A stretch of 64,000 nucleotides of DNA, from assembly GCA_047495785.1 (NCBI GenBank), contig JBLDXI010000021.1, forward strand, positions 310,001 to 374,000. The letters are read 5' to 3'. Positions 37,401 through 48,991 of this stretch are shown here, in pieces (the first letter of the stretch is position 1; each line of letters opens with the position of its first letter). Made by a program: the position numbers and the translations under genes. The notes under the pieces were generated by a model. It searched no databases, had not been told where the DNA came from, and worked only from the letters and a program-made list of their open reading frames with translations. This DNA is from Lepidodermella squamata (taxonomy: Eukaryota > Animalia > Gastrotricha).

Positions 37401-37556
37401 ATTAGATCACGATGTGCCACTGCGCCCTCTTCGGAAGCTCGGGCGCGAATCATTTCGATCGGAACCGAGCGGGATTCGCTGCTCACCGCGACTAATAACA
37501 ATATCAGCAGCGCGGCGTGTGGTACGGCAGCTGAGCTGTCCGAAAGTTATTTATAA
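34484..37556 (+). CDS. GABBR1: GABA-B receptor subunit 1; exons 34484-34750, 34813-34950, 35008-35178, 35241-35342, 35400-37556
   Basis: [17 protein letters not shown]; CEPGLG; [47 protein letters not shown]; [11 protein letters not shown]; 7TM with [13 protein letters not shown]; C-terminal coiled coil. Confidence 0.93.
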
Positions 37557-39664
37557 ATTTTGTAAAAACTAGTCAAATTTTGTCTCTAAAATAATTGATC
37601 TCAAAATATCTGTTTATTTCATATTCAAATTTTTGTCAACTCTGGTCTCACATGATGTCATTTTTTGACTGTATGTCTATATTTTTTGGATTCTTTCAAC
37701 CTTTAGCATGTATTATACTCATTGTTACAAATTTTTGATGGATTTTGACCTTAAAATAAAGTGCCACGTGTTTGAACTTATTTGTTTTTGTTTTCACTTT
37801 TTGATACGAATGAAATTGAAAACAAGTTCAATATTTCGTCGGTGTAGCGGTTTAAAGTGCCAAGTGCGTTTTTCATAATTTTCCCGGAGACGGCGAAAAA
37901 AACGTGTTTATTCTAAATTGATCCGGTATTTTGTCTCATTGCTTGGAACCCGGGGGTTTTACGGGGCTGGAAAAACGATGGCATTGTCTGTTTCACGTGA
38001 AAATGGCTTCCATGTGAGCTGAGTTGCCCTTGGCGCCTTTAACCAATGATAGCGATTTTTAGACGTGGGAAGGTTAAAAAGTCCGGTTTAGACCACTTTT
38101 TCCTTGTTTTTCGTCATTTTCAAAGCGGTTGGAACCGGGCTTTTCCGAGACGTTAACTTTGGTGTTGTTTATGAATGACAACTAAAGCTTGGATGATCCA
38201 CTGCGCCACCTCCGCTTATGAAATATATTGACGATTAACTACTTTTTTGTAAATAATTTTGGAAACCACATTTGCATAGGAACGATACTTGGTGTTATAC
38301 GATATTACTTGGTCAAGATCTAATTGATCAGTGAATACTTAAATCAAGGTAATGGATTGGGATTTTTGGGTGTTTCAGGATTCATTATGAACAATGACAA
38401 AACGCATTTTTTGCACAACTCTTTAGAGGTACATCTTTTGGAAACAAGCTCTTGAAGAATAATCAGACCACACCTGCTCTTTAATATGCTGAAAACCGCG
38501 TCTTCGCATCACTTACGGTTGAAAAGTTCAAAAAAAGCTAGGCAAAAAATGTTTGCGCACACTTTAGATTTCAAATACCTAATCAAATTTCTCACTGACT
38601 CGATTAAAGCACCTCATTCGAAATAACCACTTTCGTCGTTCGATGCGCTTTCCCGCATCGTTGGCACACCGCTACATTTCCATTGCCACAAATATCGTAT
38701 ATCAAATCTGAAAACCGGCTGAGAATGTCAAGAAAATGAGCCGCAACAAGTGAAAACCGTGGGTTGCGACATTTTTTCAGTTAGCGTAAATAAATGATTC
38801 GAATAAATTCCGGCGTAGTCGCGAACCAGGTTGGAAATCTGGCTGGAAGCTTGGAAATCGCTAATAAATACTTGTAAATCATCACCGGATTATTGCCTTG
38901 ATCGATTCAAGCCAGGATGTGGTTTATCACACAGGCAGCTGCGTAATTCTTAGGTCATTATTCAAGTGATTTATGGTGCCAAAACCTTCGGTTTATTGCG
39001 GATCGGAACTTCGTTGATTGAATGAAAAATTATTTTGGACCATACTCACTGCGGCCAAAATATCGCGCTATAGTTGCTATTATACTGGCCTGTTCAACAG
39101 GCGGACGGCGTTCGAGCCCCGTCAAAGTTGGCCATTTTTTCAGTGGCCTCTTTGATCAGAAATTACATACGAGTGAGTTTGTGAACGAGTGGGTGTATGC
39201 GATTTTTTCTGCAAACACATACGACCCGCAAAACAATTTCATGACAAGCATGTGCGCACTCCTTTTTCTTCGTTAATTGAATTTGCTAAGAACCTGTAGC
39301 ATTCGTGCGAATAATGATTGTGCCATTTAATAATGTATAAAAAGCGCGCTTTTACACTTTGCTTCTCCTATTCGCCTATACGCCAACATATTTCCTAATC
39401 TGTTTCTGGGCTATATTTTTTTATGGTAATTTTTGTTGCGTCCTATGCCTGACTCAGTCAAGCTATACCATGTATATAATATTAGATTAGCTTCAGATGC
39501 GTAATGATAAATTCTCGTTTTTTTGGCATGACTCCATTAGAATTTTGGAATTCATAACGAAGTATAATACCATGAAAAATACTTTATTATTTGATGAAAT
39601 CTGATAGTGGCGAATTAAAATCAATCGATTGTTTTTTGAAAAAATAATTTCCGCCTTGTTTTGC

Positions 39665-41607
39665 TTACAATGCTGAAACGAGGTCTTTTTCCTCGACCTT
39701 GACAGCTGATGATGAATTATCAGTCACATTCATGAAATAGCCAGCAGTGGCATTGATTTCGTCCTTTCCATGCAGGTGATGATCGGCTCGGGCTAACAAA
39801 GTGGTTTTCACGACATCGGCAAGTCCGCTCGCAATGCTGACTTGCTGTTGGTGTTGCCGCGAATATAAATTCGAAATTTGGTTCTTGGTGACGAGACATA
39901 TTTTGATTAGGAAAAACGGCATCGGCGAATAGAAAACTGCTAAAAATATCATTTTCGTGAAAGCGTCCCGCTCTGGAGTTCTCAAAGCTAATCGGCATAT
40001 CGCAAGGCTATTCAAACATATGCTATTCAATGAAATATTTAACAAGTTGATGGGTTTTCACCTCAAGAGGATATTTGATGAGCATTGCTCAGACAAAATA
40101 GCTTTGCTAACAGGATCAGGCCATCCCAATACGCGAGAAACAACAACCGATATCAGCATGGCAACTCCAATCAGCGTTCCCAAAACGATTATATCTACAG
40201 GCGTTATTTCCGAAATCACGCTCAGGTTCTAAAATTGGCAATTACATGAAGTATGCAGGGAATAGTTGTGTCTTTGTCTTACCGAGTAAACGCCAAGAGT
40301 TATAAACAAAATGAAGAAAAGCAGCATAGATGGGCGAAGAATCCAGGCAATGTAAATGTGAGCTAATAGTGGAAAGTACTCGCGAACAGCTATTCCGATT
40401 AGAATTGGTAGATTGAGAGCCAATATCCATACATACATCCAAATCATGCCGGATAGCGCATCGTCGTCGTGATCGAACACGTCCAACATTGCTGCAAGAC
40501 TTGCAACATACACCCATAGCGGAGTGAAAACTATTGATGTTAGAAGAACGAATAAATTCGCGAAATGAGAAAATTAACCGGGTTTTACTTATTCCTAAAA
40601 CAGCTGAGCCAAGTTCAAGGAAAATAGCCAATTCCTCATTGGCGTCAACAGCAGATGCTAAAATGTACGATATTCCGCCGCCTGAAGTGGTCGACCAGAT
40701 TAGCAGTCCGCATATTGAGGTGTGAGACAAGCCGAGTAGCAATCCCAGACCCAGGGCCATACTAGGAATGAGTAAAATCCTAATGACTCCGTGAATCAAC
40801 AAAGCCACTATTCCTTGAGAACCGAGAATGAACGGATGTTTTCCGGTCAAAATGTCGATTACTGAGTATATGTCGGTTCCACAACCGATGCCAGCAGCTG
40901 CTACGATAGCCGCTATGGCCATAGCTACTCGAAATACCATGTCTTTTGCCCTAAAATTGCGGCAAACCTTCACCAAATAGATTCTTTCAGCTATCGTCTC
41001 CCCTACTATGCTCGTCGTTCCATTATTTTCTATCCGCATTCTAAACAGGTATAATTTTCATAAGGTTGTTGTTCGTGTCTAGGAATTACCTTTTTACAGT
41101 AAATATCACTTTAGTTCGACCCAGCAGTCGAGGAAAGGCGCACCATTGCAAACTTTGACTTATGCCTGGTCGATATTTGATGACATGAACGCCCGGATAT
41201 TTTGGTTGTGGGACGGGTGGGTCAGACGTGTTGACAAAAGTAGGTATCAGTAGGTTTTCCGGGCCGTATTTCGGTTGCAAATGTAGGATGGAATTATCCT
41301 CAGGATATGCGTGTATAGATAATTCTTCAGTTATCAGCACGAAACTGTGATTGAGGGGATTTGAACCGGTTCGAGCTGATATTGAAGGTAAGGCCAAGGA
41401 GTCGACTAATCCTTTCGGTGTCGAACAAGTTATTACGACACTGACTGTCATCCGTTCTTCGGCAATCGACATAAAGCCATTGGCAGGTCGAATGAGGAGA
41501 TCACATGATATTTTTGATTCGTTTTTAATATTCGATAGCTTTGATCGAGAGTAAGTGGTGGTGAGATTGTGAGCGAAAAATAAGGCTGCTAATATTAATT
41601 TCCACAT
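39665..41607 (-). CDS. SLC10 (Na+/bile-acid symporter) family transporter with long N-terminal ectodomain; exons 41607-41090, 41040-40589, 40530-40283, 40228-~40062, ~40007-39665
   Basis: Signal peptide, then a beta-rich ectodomain ending ..LLGRTKVIF. TM core 'GIGCGTD...HP...GVIRILLIPSMALGLG...TTSGGGISY...LAI...LGIIFTPLW...LNLPILIGIAVREYFP' resembles SBF-domain motifs (GCG, PGGG.S, PLW, P..IG..I). Confidence 0.65.
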
Positions 41608-42492
41608 TTTCTAACGGACAAAAATAAATGAATGGTTCAAAAAATAGCCGAACGAATGCCTCATTACTAAGAAGGGAAGTACGAACAAAAAAGCCGCCAG
41701 ACACTTTAGGCCATTGCTATTTCCTATACTAAGTTGTATAGCGGCGTGAGATTTCATGTTTTTAATGTGAAAAACGCGCCGTTCGTACGACTCTCCGTTC
41801 GTTTGAGCGATAATAAGATGACAAAAAATTAGCATAAGCGGCGTTCCCAGTTCGCATCGTCAACTCATTGTATAATTCATTGTTGAATTTTCTTTTATCG
41901 TTATTGTTAGCCCTTCATTCGCGCTCATGTATCAGCATGAGATTCAATTCATCATCATCGCGATCGATTTTTCCATTTTAACGCAGGCCAGAATTGCTCT
42001 GCACCACATAGATCACTCGATCTTTCAGCGTGTGTGCGACATTCTTTCATATCATATCCAATATCATTTCACAGCGTTATTAGGGCACTCATTATTTAAA
42101 TAATTGCGTGCATGCTTGGTTTTTTCCCTTGATGACCGCGGTCTATTCATTGCGGAACGTGAACTGATCCATGTTGAATCCCTGCGGTCATTACGCCGGC
42201 TCTGAAAAATGCAATTCGTATATTTTACCCTAGCTGTTATTGATTGCGTGCTTAATTGTTTACTGAAACTGGAATTCTTAAAAAAAGCTGAAGCAAGTGC
42301 CCTGAGAGTAAAAAACGACGATCATATTTTTTTTACTGACTTCCGTTTTTTCGTATTCATCTACACACGGCATTACGACGCCAACATGAACGAAGTTAAT
42401 GTAGCATTAATAAAATTATATCATGTAATATCCGAAGATACTAAGGTTCCACGATGAAAACTGCTAATTTTGCTAAAATAGGTTGCGAATGT

Positions 42493-43152
42493 TCAGAATA
42501 ATGAAAATTCTCGATTGCTCAGAGCCATTTTATTCACGAATCTGAAAAAAGTAAACCAATTAGCTAAAAATCGAAAAATCAACGGTTGAACTTGCTTCGT
42601 CATCTCGCTTTCGGAGTATATAAAACGTGGTCCTTTTGTCCATGGTTCACATTTCTCCAACGGCTCCCTTGTTCGCCACCTTCCGATTTCATGGCTTGTT
42701 AGAACTGGATAGCGATAAATTTCTACAGGTTCTGTGAAATAAAATATATGTTTTGATTGATAGCAACGTAACAGCAATCATGAAAAACCTTTGCTAGATC
42801 TAACATGGCGGTATCGTAAATCCATAAATTTGTTGTACGAGTTGTTGTGCTCGTATGCGCGTTCAGACTTTGATGGTTGCTTTGGCAAAATTGGAGGGAA
42901 TAGCTGCGGGCATGCGGAATGGGATTCGCTGAGTTTTCCATCTTTCGGTCCACAGCTGACCCCAGGACACGAATTAGCAGCCGGATATTTACCATTCGAC
43001 AAGGCGATGACTCTGCTTCGGGCAACGCCTTCACCGGGAGGTCCCGTTTGATATTTCAAATCGCCAAGAGCTGTACCTTCGCGGAAATCGGGAATGGTTC
43101 GCTCTTTGATGAGATTCTGATAGCCAAACGAAGTTACGCCGAAAAATGCCAT
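42493..43152 (-). CDS. TEX49: TEX49/SPMIP11-like sperm/ciliary microtubule inner protein; exons 43152-42789, 42731-42596, 42541-42493
   Basis: MAFFGVTSFGYQN...SYNKF...P.EIYRYP..TS...W...PW...PR...SEMTKFVNKM...REFSLF* aligns with recalled TEX49 (MAFF..LGYQN...PW..PR..SAMTRFMD...RTFSLY). Confidence 0.75.
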
Positions 43153-43379
43153 CTTTTTAAATGTCTACGATTAAAAGACATCGATTTTTGACATGGTTGT
43201 CAATAGATAGTTCATCCATGCGAGAGGGGTCATTTGTCAGAACAAAGTCTAGGAAGTTCTCATATCTGGTAGGTTTGTCGACATGTTGAGACATTTAGAA
43301 TGCAAAGCAGAGCTCAGAGAAAATAAATGCATACGAGTTTTCAGCCCAATATGATTGATTATTAACATTGCCTCCTTGC

Positions 43380-43700
43380 TCAGGTTGGTTGAAGTGTCCA
43401 CACAGTATTATCAAATATGCATGTCACAAGATCACTCAGAACATCCGTACTCAGAAGGTCTTCTTTTCTAGTTTGCGCTGTAGAGCGATAGGTTGAGATC
43501 AACCGGTAGCATGAGGTGCTCACATGAATGTCAATAGCTAAAACATCGCAAAACACAGTAGCAGGTAGGGGTTTTACTTTGACTTTCATTTCAGTTTAGA
43601 GACACAATAACAAGTACTGTTCCCCCACTACTACTAGCCACTTTTACTAGCCGGAATACAGGATAATTTCGGAAAAGCATGTCGGCCTCAAATATTTTGT
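43380..43700 (-). mobile_element. Degenerate apurinic-endonuclease fragment of a non-LTR retrotransposon
   Basis: 'NYPVFRL....SGGTVL....CDVLAIDI....YRLISTYRS' resembles LINE APE motifs (GY.vfR.DR...GGGV; ....VYRP); interrupted by stops. Confidence 0.45.
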
Positions 43701-43772
43701 CATAATTCAAGCTATATCCACAACGCCGCATTCATATTGCTAGCACACACACCTAGGTACATACGCCAATAA

Positions 43773-43981
43773 GGCCGTATTGCACTTCGTTATTCAAATA
43801 GCAAGCTTAGCTTATAGTCAGCTCAGCTAAACCATGAACAAGCTCAGCTAAGCCAGCTCAGCTTAATAAATAACCAGCTCAGCTCAGCTTATCCTGCTGG
43901 CTAGTAAGCTGAGCTGAGCTGAGCTGAGCTGAGCTGAGCTGAGCTGAGCTTGATACTTAAATAACGAAGTGCAAGGGGGCG
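43773..43981. mobile_element. MITE with TTGCACTTCGTTAT TIR and internal (GAGCT)n / (AGCTC)n pentamer arrays
   Basis: ttgcacttcgttattcaa at 43780 is the inverted repeat of ttaaataacgaagtgcaa ending 43974; about 8 GAGCT copies at 43911-43950. Superfamily uncertain (Harbinger-like ends). Confidence 0.7.
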
Positions 43982-44683
43982 ACAGTAGGGCTTATGGCTT
44001 TCATCTAGTGAGAAGTTGACAGTTGAGAATCAGTTTGCTGAAGAGAACTTTACAGCTCTTATACTACAGTACTAAAAATTATTCTACAGGAGTGAACCAT
44101 GTATACTTTATACATTTATTTAGCCAGATTTGCGAAAATAAATCCTTAAAGGTTGACAGGAGGATCAGTTGGATGAGAATGAGAAACCCGTCATTGTTGC
44201 AAACACCTTAAACATGCGCTAAATTCGGTTGATAGGATAACGCGTTTGTTGCTAGGCAAACATAAAAATATGTGTAACATAATTTGCTCCAACTATACCC
44301 ATTTTTATGAATTGTCATTTTTTAGATGTGACAAAAATTAATCAGCCGAATTTCGAAAGTTTTTTTGCTCGTTTTCTCTTTCCCTTCGCCTCTTCGCTGA
44401 TTTGAAGCCCTCGTACGCTTACGCATGTACACGTTGCTGCGGCTTTGCCTTAGTGCGGGGGCTGAAGCCAAAGGTTGAAGGTTGACATTTGACAATTACT
44501 TCTCTATAAAGAGTCTCACGAAGACGGAGTAGCCACTAGCTACTCGTTCTAGATTGGCGATACTTGTTACGTCTCGTCTTCTGATTTCTGACATTAGACA
44601 TCGATGTCTTACCATGCCACCCTATTTTGTTTTTAAAATAATTTTCTGATTACTAGGTTTTTAATTTTCGCCATTCCTGTGTC

Positions 44684-45922
44684 ATGGATCCGTCTTTGTA
44701 CACCGTGAAAGCCGTTATGATTCTAGACAACGATGGCAATCGAATTTTGTCCAAGTATTACGACTCAACTTTTCCTTCAGTGCGAGAGCAGAAAGCGTTT
44801 GAGAAGAAAATATTTGCTAAGACGCATAAAAGCAATTGTGAGTGTTATTCAGCGATAAAATATCGTTTTACCAGATGAATTTTCAGCTGAAATTTTGATG
44901 CTGGATGGGTTGACTATTGTTTACCGAGGAAACGTCGATGTCTGGTTCTACGTTGTCGGTGGACCTCAAGAAAACGAATTACTTCTAGCCTGTGCTCTAA
45001 ATGGCCTATTCGATTCAGTCGGTCAATTGCTGCGTCGCCATGTAGACAAGAAGATGCTGATTGACAATTTGGATGCACTCTTCATTCTCGTCGATGAAAT
45101 TTGCGATGGAGGGTTAGTTTTCACGATCGCCTCGGCTGATAAGTATTTTATATTAACGATTTTAGAATCATCTTGGAAACAGAACCAGTCAATCTTCTTG
45201 GCCGAGTAGCTGTCAGGCATGATGAGACGGTACCCATCAGTGAACAAAGTGTTGCTCAGGTGCGTACTTACTTAGCCGTTTTGAAGGGGTTATCACATTT
45301 GCTGCGTTGTCAGTTTTGAAGTTTGTTCAAAGGTTAGCATTATCCTAGTGAACAAGTTTTGCGCGTCCCCATTAACGCTATTTGTGGACAATTAACTCAA
45401 AAGCATCTTCGATTTGTGTGCTTTCTAAAAATTTCTAGGTTTTGTCATCCTTGTTAAATCCGCCGAAGTCTGGTCGAAGGTTTTGATGACTGATCGTGGA
45501 ATGTAGTTACACAAATATGATGGGCAAAGGAAACGGAGGATCGATAATACACTTTTTCTTAACAGTGTGTTGTGATTTTGAAAATTTCAATACTAATGAA
45601 GACAGGTTTTAACCTTAACTGTCCGCGTTATCGCCACGATGCGCTTGCGCCATGAATAAAAATTTTCAAGAAGAGACGCATTTTCTTTATATAATTGCCT
45701 CCAATTTCAACTTAAAATTTTATACATCTCATTCGACTTGAAATCAGACATTGCGCCCGGGAAAGGTACGATATTTCTCGCGATTGTTTTCGTTTAATTT
45801 AGTTTGCCGTAACAATTTGATTGCTATTCATGCTCGCCATGTGTTTTTATTTATTTTTGTTCTATTCTGTACAGGTCTTACAAACAGCAAAGGAGCAGCT
45901 CAAGTGGGGCATCCTCAAGTAA
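44684..45922 (+). CDS. COPZ1: Coatomer subunit zeta; exons 44684-44837, 44887-45112, 45166-45259, 45875-45922
   Basis: [25 protein letters not shown]...[13 protein letters not shown]; ENELLL; [12 protein letters not shown]; PISEQSVAQ|[15 protein letters not shown]. Confidence 0.95.
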
Positions 45923-46139
45923 AATATGACCTATTTATCCGAGCGTGATTGGATCTGCAATACCAAACTGGAGTTAACTATTTCGGTTGTCTGCTGCAAT
46001 TGGTGTCATAAATTAAAAGCTATAGTCGAAATGACTTAATCTCTCTGATCTGGAAAATAATTGAACTAGCGGGCTTGGGTCATTTCAGTTGTTTGCTCTT
46101 TTCTTTAGGCTTGATTATAAGCTTTAACTATTACCAACC

Positions 46140-46843
<704 letters not shown>

Positions 46844-48991
46844 TCATATTCCGAGAACGACCTTGCAATTTTTACAAAAATGAGTACAACCTAGAGTCTT
46901 TATAAATGATATAGAGGGAAAGACTGCGAATCTTGATAGTTAATATAAAGAGAGTTGAAAGGGCCGCCTTAATTTTGTGATGACATGGTCTTCCGTTATT
47001 TACTCATCTCACGATGATGATATAGGTGTCATCAGCTGATTATGTTGTGTCGTATCTAACAGAAATTATACGCCGGTTCTTTGCTTTCTCCACTGACTTT
47101 TCGTTGTGCTCAAGCCGCCTTAATGTGTAATATAATAATAATTATAATGAAATTAGGAGATATTTGGCGCTGTAAACAAAGATACCCAGTAAAATTCGTC
47201 AAACGAATGAAAAAGCCAAACTGGTCTGGTCATCATCGTCAATATATTACGTGGAATGCTAGCTGACAATTGACTAATCTACATTCGCCCTGCTCGGTTC
47301 TTTTTATAGAAAATGATCGGAAAATTGACATAACAGAGCGCTGTCTTCTCATTTGTCGTACCATGTCTCGTAGCGTTGTGGTCTATAACACAATTTTGCT
47401 GTTAAAATATTAATATTTATATGAATATCTCGCATATATTTTGTTGTCCGCTTGTGTTATGTGTGCGTGTGTTAAAGATGACGATGACTCCTGACTATAT
47501 AGGTTGCATAGCTGTATTCAAGCTCATTTCTAGCATCTGCTAAGTACATAACTATTATTACTACTATTAATTCTTCAATAAGCTGAACTACTATTCTTGG
47601 CCATCTAACAAAACAAAACAAAACAACCAGAACAGTGCTTGCAATTATTTCGGTCGTTTATTATTATTACTATTATTATATTATATTATATGGGAATACT
47701 TCGTGTGCTGCGTGCTACGAATGAAGAACATTTCAATGAGTTGAAAAATGTTGTTTTCCATATCATGTAGAAATTATTTTGATTATACGTCAAAATTTCC
47801 AGCCAGAAAATGGGCCGGCGATCGCGCAGGAAGGTCGACGCTGTGTAAGTTCAATTAATCTATTAATTATCGCCTTGTACACTTCGAAGATTTTTCTACA
47901 TAAAACAACATAAAATCTTATGGTGTTTTTTCAGGGGGAAAACATCTTGCGTTGTCTGAAAAATTAATCAAATTATCACACTGAGAATCGTCGCAAATTT
48001 TAGAGATTTCGATAGAGTCGCGTTAGATATCACTGGGCCGTGCTGCCGCAACTTATGATAGCTGATTATTCCAGGCCAATTGAAGCACATCCAAGTTATA
48101 AATGGGAGAAAATTTCCGTCTGAAATCTATAATTTATTTTCTCTGTGAACATTTTTCCATGATTTTCCCCATCAACCTGAACTTCTAAGACATCTCGGCA
48201 ACGCGGTGAAGTCTCCTCAACTATCGAGGATGAAAACATTCCATGCGTCTGAATCGTTGAAATTCAATTTATAATAGGAAAATTGGCCAAGAGCAGCCTG
48301 AAGAATGTTCAAACTCAAAACACCGGAAACCGAAGGACCTAAAATTGGAAAGTCGGGGAAAATTATAGATTTGAAAATGTGTCAACTCGGCACATTTCCT
48401 AGCATTTTGCTTGAATTTCGCGCTCGTAACCCTCTCACTACTTGTCACCCATTTCATGTGATTTCTCTATGTTTCGGCACTCCGGTTTAGTTCAGGCATA
48501 TTTCTAGGTCATAAAAGTAATTCGATTACTTCAATGGCCATTTAAAAGGTTGACAGGATAATGAGTGAAATGGATGTCATAGATCACACAGGTTTTAATT
48601 TTAAATCAGGATATTCTGTTACCGAAATTTTGAGAAGTATCAATTCAAGACGAAAATAGCAAATTTTGGCGATGTCGCATATTGAGAAAAAAATTTACTC
48701 GAGCACGTGCGTAGTACAGCAGCGCTTCAGAACAACACACGCGCTTTCATTGTGAAGTTGACCTTAGATAGCCACAATTGACCGGCAGTAGATTTTGGAT
48801 AAAAAACTCTTATCTAGAGATTGTTTTGCAAATGGCTAAATAATCTGCAAGGTGGGTATGCAAATTATTTCTCAAGGGGTCTTATGACCAGGGAATTTGA
48901 TTTTATCTGTTGAATTACGAATATTTATATTGAGATTATCTTTTCATTTAGAATTGGTGTTGCACTGGTTCTGGGCCTGATCGGGAGTGAG

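Noticed and set aside
46975-47040. C/D-box-like or SECIS-like hairpin in the Rab6 3' region (GTGATGA…CTGA; TGATGACA/TGTCATCA stem)
   Set aside because: Not intronic, no recognisable rRNA guide, and Rab6 has no in-frame UGA; likely chance.
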